A stretch of DNA of 64,000 bases from Felis catus (Eukaryota), in the NCBI RefSeq assembly GCF_018350175.1, contig NC_058383.1:5458001-5522000 (forward strand), written 5' to 3'. Below, piece by piece: positions 26,191-37,185 of the stretch. The translations under genes and the position numbers were made by a program. Each line of letters starts with the position of its first letter. The first letter of the stretch is position 1. The notes below the pieces were generated by a model. The model had not been told where the DNA came from, made no database searches, and saw only the letters and a list, made by a program, of their open reading frames with translations.

Positions 26191-26960
26191 TGTATTCACT
26201 ACGTTCTTATTTTACGTTTTTTCCTGATGCTTTGACGTCCTGCGGGCCTTGCTAATACGGCAAGCGCTGCCTTTCCAGAGACGATGATCCCCAGGGATGG
26301 GAAACAACGGGTCTGCGGTAACATTTTTCACGGGCAAACCAGCGATCCAGAGCCCCCGCCCCCACGCCTACTCTATGGGGCTCTGGGCCACGAGCCCCCT
26401 GCCCTAATCCCCCAGGGCCAGGTGCCCACCAACTAGAGACAGCCCCTATGGCCCAGAGCCCGCTGGAATTATTCAAACCGGCTGATCCCGGCTCCCTCTG
26501 CCGTACCTGTTCCTTCTCAAAAACCACAGGAAAGGCTCTTGTCCATATCTTCCCCTCTCCTTCTGCCTCCCGACCTCGGGGCCTCCCCCTGTGACTGGGC
26601 TTGGCAGGCTGTGGCCTGGTGGGGGACACCCCCTCCTCCTGGGAACCGTGAGGGATGAACTCTCTCCACAACGGCAATCCTCTCCCAGTCGGTTGGCCTC
26701 CCCACACCCGAATGATAAAACCTACATTTTCTTTATTTTTAAATGTTTGCTTGTTTATTTCTGAGAGAGAAGACAAGTGGCGGAGGGGCAGAGAGACAGG
26801 GAGACACAACCCGAAGCAGGCTCCAGGCTGCAAGCCGTCAGCACAGAGCCCGACGTGGGGCTCGAACCCACAAACCCTGAGATCGTGACCCAAGCCGAAG
26901 TTGGACGCTTAACCGACTGAGCCACCCAGGGGCCCCTAAAACTTACCTTTTAAAAGACAG
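26191..26960 (+). mobile_element. MER74-like ERVL solo LTR with a Can-SINE (26731-26936, -) near its 3' end
   Basis: ctgccctaatcccccagggccaggt...cagcccctatggcccagagcccgctggaattattcaaac resembles recalled MER74A. Confidence 0.8.
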
Positions 26961-27369
26961 CCTGGCAACAAAAGCCTTGCCCTTTATGTAGGTCGTGGGA
27001 CAAGGAAGGTTGAGGGAGGGAGAAAGAAGACAGAGGCTGGGCATGTGATACCTGCTCAGTAAAGTAAGAGAAAACAAACAATTTTGGCTGAAAAGCCAGT
27101 CACTCAGAAGAGAGGGAGGTAGGGTGACACAGAAGGTCCAGAGGCCAGGGTCAAGAAAGGAAGCGTGACACTGTGAAAGTCCTGGTCAGCGTGTGTCCAC
27201 TGACCCAGCAAGTGAGACTGAGGCACGGTGATGGAGGTTTGAGAGAGGTAAGTGGGTAGAGGGAGGGCCGGTTCTCTCCTGAAGGAGACGCCCTCTTCCT
27301 CCCCTGTGGGGCCGAGGGCAGGGACAGAGGCCCAGGAGAGAGAGGAGATCCTAATTTTTTTTTCCTTTT

Positions 27370-28110
27370 TAAATTTTGTGACAAATGCATATAATATGAA
27401 ATTGACCACCTTCATGATTTTTAAGCGAACGGCTCAGGGACGTGGAACACATATCTCACAGTGGTGCAGCCATCACCACCGTCCGGCTCCAGAACTTTCC
27501 ATCTTCCCAAACTGAGACCGTGTCCCCGTTAAACACTGACCCCCATTGCCCTCCACCAGCCCTGCAACCACCTTCTACTCTCTGTCTCTATGAATTTAGC
27601 AACTCTAGGTACCTCATATAAACGCAATCATACAGAATTTCTTTTTGTACCTGGCTTATTTCATCCAGCAGAATGTCCTCAAGGCTCACCCACGTGGTAG
27701 CAGGTATTCAGAATTTTTTTTAAGTTTATTCATTTATTTTGAGAGAGAGAGAGGGAGAGGGAGAGAGAGCAGAGAGAGAGGAGGACAGAGGATCCGAAGC
27801 AAGCTCTGGGCCAACAGCAGAGCGCCCGATGTGGTGCTTAAACTCACGAATCGTAAGATCATGACCTGAGCCCTAGTTGGGCGCTTAACTGACAGAGCCA
27901 CCCAGGCCCTCCCAGATTCCTTCTTTTTTAAGGCTGGATCATATTGCATCGTATGGATGGACCGTGTTTTGTTTATCCACTCATCCATTGATGACTGTTT
28001 CCACCTTTCGGCTACGGTGAATAATGGTCTATAAACACGGATGTACAAGTATGTTTGAGTTTTGCTTTTAATTCTTTTGGGTGTGTAGCCAGAGGTGGAA
28101 TGGTTGGATC
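27370..28110 (-). mobile_element. L1MB-like 3' fragment containing a Can-SINE (27715-27910, -)
   Basis: Old L1 3'UTR motifs; track ORF ...DEWINKTRSIHTMQY... Confidence 0.8.
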
Positions 28111-28193
28111 TGCTTTGGTTTTTCAAGTAGGTCAGTGGTGCACCCGGGACCAGGCTGCCTCAGCTTTAATCCTGGCTGAGAAGTTACTTTACT

Positions 28194-28660
28194 TGGGGCG
28201 CCTGGGTGGCTCAGTCTAAGCGTCCGACTCTTGATTTCAGCTCAGGTCATGGTCTCATGGTTCGTGGGATGGAACCCCTCATTGGGCTCTGCGCTGACAG
28301 CGTGGAGCCTGCTCGGGATTCTCTCTCTGCCTCTCCTCCCCCATTTGTGTGCTCTTGCCCTCTCTCTCAAAATAAATAAACTTAAAAAAAATTTTACTTT
28401 ACCTCTTAGTACAAAGGTTTCCTCAACTTTGAAAAGGGATGATGATAGGGGTGCATGGGTTACTCGGTTGGCTAAGTGTCCAACTTCAGCTCAGGTCATG
28501 ATCTCACAGTCTGTGAGTTCGAGCCCCACGTCGGGCTCTGTGCTGACAGCTCAGAGCCTGGAGCCTGCTTCAGATTCTGTGACTCCCTCTCTGCCCCTCC
28601 CCTACTTGCACTCTCTCTCTCTCTCTCTCTCTCTGTCAAAAATAAATAAACATTAAAAAA
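28194..28660 (+). mobile_element. Two tandem Can-SINEs (28194-28392; 28448-28660)
   Basis: Two head/body/tail units; second has TSD aaaagggat(g/a)atgata. Confidence 0.92.
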
Positions 28661-30408
28661 TTGTTTTAAAGAAAAGGGATAATGATAATAATGGCAGTGA
28701 TCGTGGGGTTGTCGTGAGAGATATCTAGAATCACACGTTTTGCACGTTGGCTGGGACCTGGTACCTACCCAGCTTTCCATCATTTTTGCTATGTTTGTAG
28801 ATTTCAGAGACAGGGGGCGCATTCTTTGACACGTCCACCAGGGGTCGCCACTGCCCGCGGTACCGAGTCCCTGGCTGGACCATGCTGGCCTCCAACAGGT
28901 AATTACCATGTCCTGCTTGAGGAGGGGTCAGCTTAAGTCCTGTGTGGGAAAGCACCGCATAAACATTGGGGACAGCTGTAGTGGGCTTCGGGGCCTGGGG
29001 CCCCGAGGAGTCCTCCCTGTCAGAACACCTTTCTGGAATAATTGCAGTTTCTGAGCAGGAACGGAACATTTCCGTGTTCATGGGCCTCAGCAGATGTGGC
29101 CTGGGGGAGAGGCCAGTGGGCACCGTGGCTAACCGTACGAGGACAGCCGCTCCTGAAGCTCAGCTCAAGGTCTCTTGTTGGTCCTTAACATGGGCTCAGT
29201 GTAGGCAGATATTCTGATTTTTCAAGAGCATCGGAAAATGCAGATCTTTTTTTCACACGAAATCTCCAAAATTCTCAGTATTGGCAGTTAGTAACAATCT
29301 TTTTTTTTTTTTTCCCCCAAAGTCAGCGTCAGCCAATCAAAACACTCTGCAAGACGATCTTGGTCTGTGGGAGCCATTTTGCAGTCTCTGATGGAGTCTT
29401 GTTGAAGATCGTGGTCAGTAAATGCCATGTGACGTCCACCCGGGGGGACCGGATTTTAAGCTGTCTAGGTGCTCTTTGGTGCTCACTGGTCAGGGATGAA
29501 CCAGGACTCCTGGCTTCTCCTATGCAGAGGTGGAAAGGGGTGCCCTTTGGCTGTCTGCCCCAGGACCCACGGCTAACCAGTGACCTAGAGATGTGAGAAG
29601 CCCCGTTCGGTCCCGTTCCCCTGAGCTGTCCAGCTTCACTCCTCCTGAGAGACCCTTGATAACCCACTTAGAGCATCTGCACTGGGCTCTTACAGACAAA
29701 GAGCATTATACTCCTCTCTCTGTCACCTCGATGGCATTTCTGGGTACACACAAAGAGGGAGCTCCCCAAGGTCCCCAAGAAATATCTACTGCTAATTGCA
29801 CATGAATGGTCCAACCCTTCCGGGAAAGGTCAACCCCATGATGCCCATGGACAGTGCGAGAGGTCCTTCTGAGTGGAGGGATGGATTGTCTTTGCAGCCC
29901 CAATGATGGGAGCCAGAGGCAAGGGCTGGGAGGAGAGAGTAGCCCTGGGGGTTCGCTTGGAAAGTCCTGATGCTCAGCTCTTCACACCCACTCAGCCAGT
30001 GTGATCGCGGCTGAGAGATGGAAATAGATGTGCTTGGCAGAGGGCCTCTTAAGGTGCTGAAACGGAATTTCACATGCCGGGCTGATATCTGTATGCAACA
30101 AGAAACCAGAAACTCTGCTCCCTGCACCCCCCATCCCCGCCTCGTGTATCCGGGGGACCAGACTTCTTGTGGAGGTTCCAGATTGTTCTTGTTTTTGACC
30201 CTCATCAGGCAACTGGATGGAGCTCCATAGGAGGTGACCGCTCATTTGAGAAGCATTAAAGGGTGAGATGCTGAATGTAGCACTTCCAAATGCCTTGCCC
30301 CAGGCTTACCCTTCACGGATTGCAACAAAGTCCGATTTTAACAAAGATGATACAGCTGAAGCCAAAATAATTCTGGTTCTCTCTCTCCGTAGCTTCCCAA
30401 AGAACTGG

Positions 30409-30409
<1 letters not shown>

Positions 30410-30442
<33 letters not shown>
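30410..30442. repeat. (CA)n microsatellite
   Basis: About 16 CA units. Confidence 0.95.
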
Positions 30443-30446
<4 letters not shown>

Positions 30447-30904
30447 GCTTGGTTTATCACAGCAACATTTTCCATGTTCAGAAATTTGATACACAATCAA
30501 GAGAAAGCTCTTCCCCTTGCCCCCGCTGAGAGGGGAAGCTAAGCACAGAGTTCGAGGCATAGCCTCCTCGTGGGAAGTGGCCTGTGTCTCCGGGGAAGGG
30601 AGAAACACGCCGAGTTTTCACTGAGGTCTCTTTCTGCTGAAGCGAGGCTCGGATCTGAGCGGAGCAGTTCCGGAGGGGAGCTGAAGTCGTGACCTTCACT
30701 CTCTTCTCCTCATCAGCCAAAACTCCGGTCTCGTTTCTCCTCTTCTTTTTTCCAAGTTAGCAAGAGGCTCTCTTCTCGCTTCCCTCCCCCCTGCAGTGGC
30801 CCTAGCTGTGAGAGTTCCCAAAGAATCACAATCACAGCTGGACTTCTTGGGTCGTACATGGGCTGGACCCAGTACGTGCCTTAGGTGGGCACCATGCGAT
30901 AGAC

Positions 30905-31076
30905 CCTCTGCCCTGATGGGCGCGTTCTGTATCCGTGGGGCCCAGCACAGTAGCCACCAGCCACACGTGGCTACTAAGCTCTTGAAATGTGTCCAGTGCA
31001 ACTGAAATTTACTTTTAGTATCTCTACCTTTAAATAGCAATATGGGGCTAGTGGCTATCCTACTGGAGGGCACAGC
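30905..31076. mobile_element. MER3/MER33-like hAT-Charlie relic
   Basis: gtagccaccagccacacgtggctact...ttgaaatgtg...ggctagtggcta. Confidence 0.75.
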
Positions 31077-31357
31077 TTCAGATCTTCGCCACAAGCTTAG
31101 AAGTGCTGGTGTTATTCACCCATTTTACAGATAAAGAAACCAAGTCTCTGAGGGATTAAGTAACTTGTCCGGAATCACAGAACTAGCTGTATCCACAGTT
31201 GTAAACCTTCGCGTTTGGGGCAATATTATTTGGGACGCTTTATCCTCAGCTCTCCCCTTCCCCCCCGTGGTCCTGGTCTGGGTGTGCAAATGAAGGTGTG
31301 TCTATGCATGCCTACATTTGTATAGTTCTTCTTTTCTCTCCCCTTCCTTTCTTTAAA

Positions 31358-31559
31358 CATTTTTTAATGTTTATTTTTGAGAGAGAGAGAGTGTGTGTGA
31401 GAAGGGGAGGGGCAGAGAGACAGGGAGACACAGAATCCCAAGCAGGCTCCAGGCTCTGAGCTGTCAGCACAGAGCCCGGATGCGGGGCTCGAACGCACGC
31501 ACTGTGAGATCATGACCTGAGCCGAAGTCGGGTGCTTAACTGAGCCACCCAGGTGCCCC
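31358..31559 (-). mobile_element. Can-SINE
   Basis: Reverse-complement SINE; flanks tctccccttccttt. Confidence 0.93.
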
Positions 31560-31679
31560 TCTCTCCCCTTCCTTTAAAAAATATGTTTCTAATTACTGAG
31601 GAGACTGGTGGGGGGAATTCTGGGAAAACATAAAAAGAAAAATAATTATAATTCCTTCAACTAGATAACACCACTATAG

Positions 31680-33960
31680 ACAATTGCATCACAAAGAGTA
31701 AAACACCTAGGAGTAAATTCAGCCAAAGAGATGAAGGACCTACAGAGTGAAAACTGTAAGACGCTGATGGAAGAAATTAACGAAGACACAAATGACTGAG
31801 ACGGTGAGACGGTGCTCGTGGAGTGGAAGAATTAATTAATTTGCTAATATATGTTTAATTCATTTTGCTAATATGTTTAATTAATATTGCTAATATACGT
31901 TTAATTCATTTTGCTAATGTTTCATTATTTTGTGAATGTATGTTTCATTAATATTGCTAATATGTTTCATTAATTTTGCTAATATGTTTAATTAATATTG
32001 CTAAATATGTTTAATTCATTTTGCTAATATATGTTTCATTAATATTGCTACTATATGGTTAATTAATATTTCTAATATATGTTTCATTAATTTTGCTAAT
32101 ATATGTTTAATTAATATTGCTGGTATATGGTTAATTAGTATTGCTAATATATGTTTCATTAATTTTGCTAATATGTTTAATTAATTTTGCTAATATGTTT
32201 AATTCATTCTGCTAATATATGTTTAATTCATTTTGCTAATATATGTTTAAAAACATACTCATAAACATAGATTCGGCGCAATCCCGATCAAAATTCCCAC
32301 GGCGTTTTTCCCAGAAATACAACAAACAATCCTAAAATGGCTATGGAATCACAAAAGACCCTAAATAGCCAAAGCAATCTTGAGAAAGAAGGCATCACAC
32401 TCCCTGATTTCAAACTATACCACAAAGCTATATAATCAAAACAGTATGGCACTGGCATAAAAACAGATACATGGATCAACGGAACAGAATAGAGAGCCCA
32501 GAAATAAAGACACACACATATGGTCAATTAATTTATGACAAAGAACCCAAGAATATGCACTGGGAAAAGGACAGTCTCTTCAATAAATGGTGTTGGGAAA
32601 GCTGAACAGTTACGAGCAAAAGAACAAAACTGGACCCCTATCTTATGCCACACACAAAAATTAACTCAGAATAATTAAAGACTCGAATGCAAACAAACAC
32701 CTGAAGTGATAAACTCCTGGAAGAAAACATAGATGCAAGCCCCTGGACATCAGTCTTGGCGATGATTTTTTGGACCCATGACACCCAAAGCAATGGCAAC
32801 AAAAGCAAAAATGGGGGCGCCTGGGGGGCTCAGTCAGCTGAGCTTCTGACTCTTGATTTCGGCTCAGGTCATGATCTCACAGTTCGTGAGTTCAAGCCCC
32901 GAGTCGGGCTCTGCACTGACAATGCAGAGCCTGCTTGGAATTCTCTCTCCCTCTCCCTCTCTCTCTCTGCCCCTTCCCTGTTTGTGCTCTATCTCTTTCA
33001 AAATAAAGAGATACGTTTTTTTTTTTAATTTTTAAAAATGAGCAGAGGATCTGAATAGACATTTTTCCAAAGAAGATATCCAGATAGCCAACAGGTACAT
33101 GAAAAGATCACTCTCACTCAACATCACTCACCACTGGAAATGCAAATCAAAACCACAGTGAGATATCACCTCACACCTGTTAGGATGGCTGTCATCAAAA
33201 AGACAAGAAATAACAAGTGTTGGTGAGGATGTGGAGAAAAGTGAACCCTCGTGCACTGCTGGTAACGTCAATTGGTGCAGCCACTCTGGAAAACTGTGTG
33301 AAGTTTTCTCAAAAAAAATAAAAAAAATTAGGACTACCCTATGATCCTGCGATTCCAGCTCTAGGGATTTATCCAAAGCAACTGAAAACACTAACTCGAA
33401 AAGAGATCTGTACCCCCATGTTCACTGTTGCATCATTCGCAACAGCCAAGACATGGAAACAAGCTAAGTGTCCATCAACGGATGGATACAGAAGAGGTGG
33501 TGTATATACACAATAGGGTATCATTCAGCCTTTCAAAAAGAATGAAATCGTGCCATTTGTGGCAACATGGATGGAGCCCGAGGTCATCATCCCTAGGGAA
33601 ATAGGTCAGACAGAGATACATACTGTATGATCTCAGTTATACGTGGAATCTAAGAAAGACAAAAACCTAGCTCAGAGGTACAGAGAACAGACTGCTGATT
33701 GCCAAAGGGCAGGGGCAGGAAGGACAGTGACAGGAGCAACAACCTTCCAGTTATAAAATTTTATAACAAGCTTTCGGTTATAAAATGACTTTTGTAGTCT
33801 ATAAAGCTTATAACAAACTTCTAGTTATAAAACAAGTAAGTCATGGGGGTATAATGCATAGCGTGGCAATTACAGTTAACAATACTGTATGGCGTATTGG
33901 GAAGTTTCCAAGGGAGCAGGTCTTAAAAGTTCTCATTGCAAACAACACTAACAACAAAGA
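31680..33960 (+). mobile_element. Older 5'-truncated L1 (ORF2 3' part plus 3'UTR) containing a minisatellite and a Can-SINE (32813-33035, +)
   Basis: Homologous to 22100-23650 of the young L1 (acagtatggcactggcataaaaacagatac; gtctcttcaataaatggtgttggg). Confidence 0.9.
31830..32250. repeat. AT-rich minisatellite, about 18 units of 19-24 bp (ttgctaatatatgtttaattaata-like)
   Basis: Tandem units counted by hand. Confidence 0.95.
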
Positions 33961-34054
33961 AAACCCACCATAAATGTTCACCTATTCGTTCTGTGTTTTT
34001 CTGTATACACATGCATGCTGACGGACCAAAAAATATATGAATATGTATATATAG

Positions 34055-34297
34055 ATTTTTAATTTTTTTAATGTTTATTTTTGAGAGAGAGAGAGACAGA
34101 GAGACAGAGTATGCACGGGGGAGGGGCAGAGAGAGAGAGGGAGACACAGAATCTGGAGCAGGCTCCAGGCCCTGGTCTGTCAGCACAGAGATCGATGGGG
34201 GGGCTCAAACTCATGAACTGCAAAATCATGACCCAAGCTGAAGTCGACGCTTGACCAACTGAGCCACCCAAGTGCCCCAGTATACACACACACACAC

Positions 34298-34333
<36 letters not shown>
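34055..34333 (-). mobile_element. Can-SINE followed by (CA)n
   Basis: SINE 34055-34279; CA repeat 34284-34333. Confidence 0.92.
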
Positions 34334-34336
<3 letters not shown>

Positions 34337-34652
34337 TTTTTTTTTAATTTAAGAGTCTTACCCCCTTTGCCAAGTAGGTTTTGGAAAGTGTATACAAATT
34401 TATACCCCAGCAGCAGTGTGTGAGACTGTTTTCCTCCCTTAGACCTTCATTAGATATTATCATTGTTTCTTTTGTTAAATGAATAGACAAAGCATGGCAT
34501 CTTATTGTTTGTATGCATCATTCTGTGTGTGTGTGTATTCATTATCTATGTATACATTTTTATAACTTTATGTCTTAGTATTTTTCATCTTGATTTGTGT
34601 GATATCCTGTTATATTAAGGTTATATCGTTTTTTTTTTAAGAAAAACTATTT

Positions 34653-35035
34653 TGGGGGGTATCTGGGTGGCTCAGTTGGTTAAGTTTAGGACTCTTGGTT
34701 TGGGCTCAGGTCACGACCTCACGGTTTCATGAGTTCAAGCCCCACGTTGGGCTCTGCACTGGCAGCACAGAGCCTGCTTGGGGTTCTCTCTCCCTCTCTC
34801 GTTGCCCCTCCCCCACTTGTGCTGTCTCTGTCTCTCTCAAAATAAAACAAAAAATTTTTAAAAATTAAATTTTTTCTTTTCTTTTTTTTCTCTTTAGAGA
34901 GAGAACGTGTGCACAAGTTGTGGGGAGGGACAGAAGCAAAGAGAGAATCTTAAGCAGTCGCCACACTCAGCATGGAGCCTGACGTGGGGCTGAAATTAAG
35001 AGCCAGACACTTAACTGACTGAGCCCCCCAGCTCC
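34653..35035. mobile_element. Tail-to-tail Can-SINEs (+34653-34865; short -34870-35035)
   Basis: Opposite-orientation SINE bodies. Confidence 0.85.
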
Positions 35036-35554
35036 GCAAAGGTTATGTAGTTTTTGTGGGTCATGCTTGTGGCAAGTGCTTCCCCAACTCGTTTACCTTT
35101 TCATTTTTTATCATTTTTTTTTTTTACTAGTGCTTCATTATCAACTGCTATTTTCTATCATGGCTAATTCCATTGGTTTCAAGCTCAAAATCTTTCCTCT
35201 TCCATAGATGAGCTGGCCGTCCTGTATGTCTGATGCTTCTGCAGGACAAATCGGGCACACCTCTATTTCCCAGCCTCAGTTTGCAGAACCCAAGATGCAT
35301 GAAGCCATTTGATTTGGGGTAAAGCCTAAGGAGGGTGAAGGAATTCTGTGCAGGGGGACTAAGGAGCCAGAGGGGGGAGGAGAGAACGTGGGGCAAGGGA
35401 GTAGAGGGGGAAGGGAATTGCAGGGAAGATCTGGTTGTGGGTACAGACAGAGGGAGGAGAGAGGTCCAGGAGTAGAATGAGGCTATTTGGAGCCTATTTG
35501 GGAGCCCAGGTGACTGCCACCACATGGGCAGGGAAAGGGCTTTTATCCTCTTCA

Positions 35555-35918
35555 TTCATGCAGGCATGCATGCATGCATCCACCCATGCACCCAACCATG
35601 CATCGTGCATCTCCATGCACCCATCTATGCATCCAACCATGCATGCGTCCACCCATGCATCCACGCATCCATCCGTCCATCCATCCATCTGTCCATCCAT
35701 GCATCCACCCATGCATCCATCCATGCATCCATGCATGCATCCATCCATCCATGCATCCATCCATCCATGCATCCACCCATGCATGCAGCCATGCACCATG
35801 CATCTCCATGCAACCATATATGCATCTAACCATGCATGCGTCCACCCATGCATCCATGCATCCATGCATCCATCCATCCATGCATCCATCCATCCATGCA
35901 TCCATGAATGCATGCATT
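35555..35918. repeat. Compound (CCAT/GCAT)n tandem repeat
   Basis: Directly visible 4-bp periodicity. Confidence 0.97.
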
Positions 35919-36253
35919 CCTGCTTTCAGTGATGGGGCAAAGGCCACACCTGGTACACTGGGATGGGCCCAGAGCTCAGGCTGAACCAGGTCTAAATGGA
36001 TCATTCTCACACCTGCATGCACAGGACAGGCGAGTCCCTGCAGAGACAGAGAGACAGCAGGTGAGGTCCCAAAACACAGGCAGAAAGCACCAGACCTCCC
36101 CAGACACACTGCAAGAACAACTGTGACAGCGGACAACTTGGTGTCATTTTCAAACAGAGTAGACAAAATACACTGTGAGAAGTAAAAAGAATTCATAACT
36201 TCCTAACTTCAGTTCAAGCTCCTATCTAGGGGTCAAGCCTCAACGGACATTCT

Positions 36254-36477
36254 TTTTTTAAAAAAATTTTTTTTAACATTTATTTATTTTTGAGACAGAG
36301 AGAGACAGAGCATGAACGGGGGAGGGTCAGAGAGAGAAGGAAACACAGAATCTGAAACAGGCTCCAGGCTCTGAGCTGTCAGCACAGAGCCTGACGCGGG
36401 GCTCGAACTCACAGACCGTGAGATCGTGACCTGAGCCAAAGTCGGACGCTTAACTGACTGAGCCACCCAGGCGCCCC
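36254..36477 (-). mobile_element. Can-SINE
   Basis: TSD ggacattctttttt. Confidence 0.96.
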
Positions 36478-36844
36478 CGGACATTCTTTTTTTAACCAGC
36501 AAATGGGTTTTAGTTAATGGCCTACATGGTGTTAGATTACAAACTATTTTTTAAACCTTTTGAACTCATTCCCACCTCACTTCACCTAAAAATCAGGATT
36601 TCCAGTTGTTGAAAATTAGGCACTCAACGACTCCGAGCCGGCCTCTGCCCTCCTGGAACAGAGGTGGCTGGAACAGAGTGGCAGGTGCCCTCTGACATCT
36701 CTTCTTGCCTCGGGACCCATCAAGTGGCCCCCCACTCCCCCAAACTCATGACGCGAAATTTCCCTTTATTGGATGCTAAGCGGGGTCAGGATCCTGGCTC
36801 TACTGCATACCCTGCTCATGTCCAGTTTTATTTTTGCCTTAATC

Positions 36845-37185
36845 ATTTTTCTATTGAGGTAAAATATAGATCACATGAAGTTTACCATTTTAACCGGTTC
36901 TAAGGCTCCGGTTCTGTGGCCTTCACAGCGATACATTCACCTTGGGCAGCTAGTCCCCACCGCCCATCTCCCGAACTTTCTCATCTCTCCTCCGCAACCC
37001 ATTAAACACGGGCCCCCTCCCCCACTCCCTCCCCCAGGCCCCCGGGAACCTCTTTTCTACTTTGTCCCTAGGCATTGCACTGCTCCAGGGACCTCACACA
37101 AGTAGAGTCACACGGTATACATACTTCCGTGTCTGGCTTATTTCCCTCAGCATAATGTCTTCAAGGTTCATCCAGGGTAATCTCA
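36845..37185 (-). mobile_element. L1MB-like 3' end fragment
   Basis: attgaggtaaaatat...tttaccattttaacc...ctggcttatttccctcagcataatgtcttcaaggttcatcc. Confidence 0.75.

Noticed and set aside
31830..32250. CRISPR-like regular array
   Set aside because: Contiguous tandem units without unique spacers, in mammalian DNA, derived from L1
35435..36196. Long His/Pro/Met/Trp-rich ORFs on both strands
   Set aside because: Stop-free artefact of the CCAT/GCAT repeat
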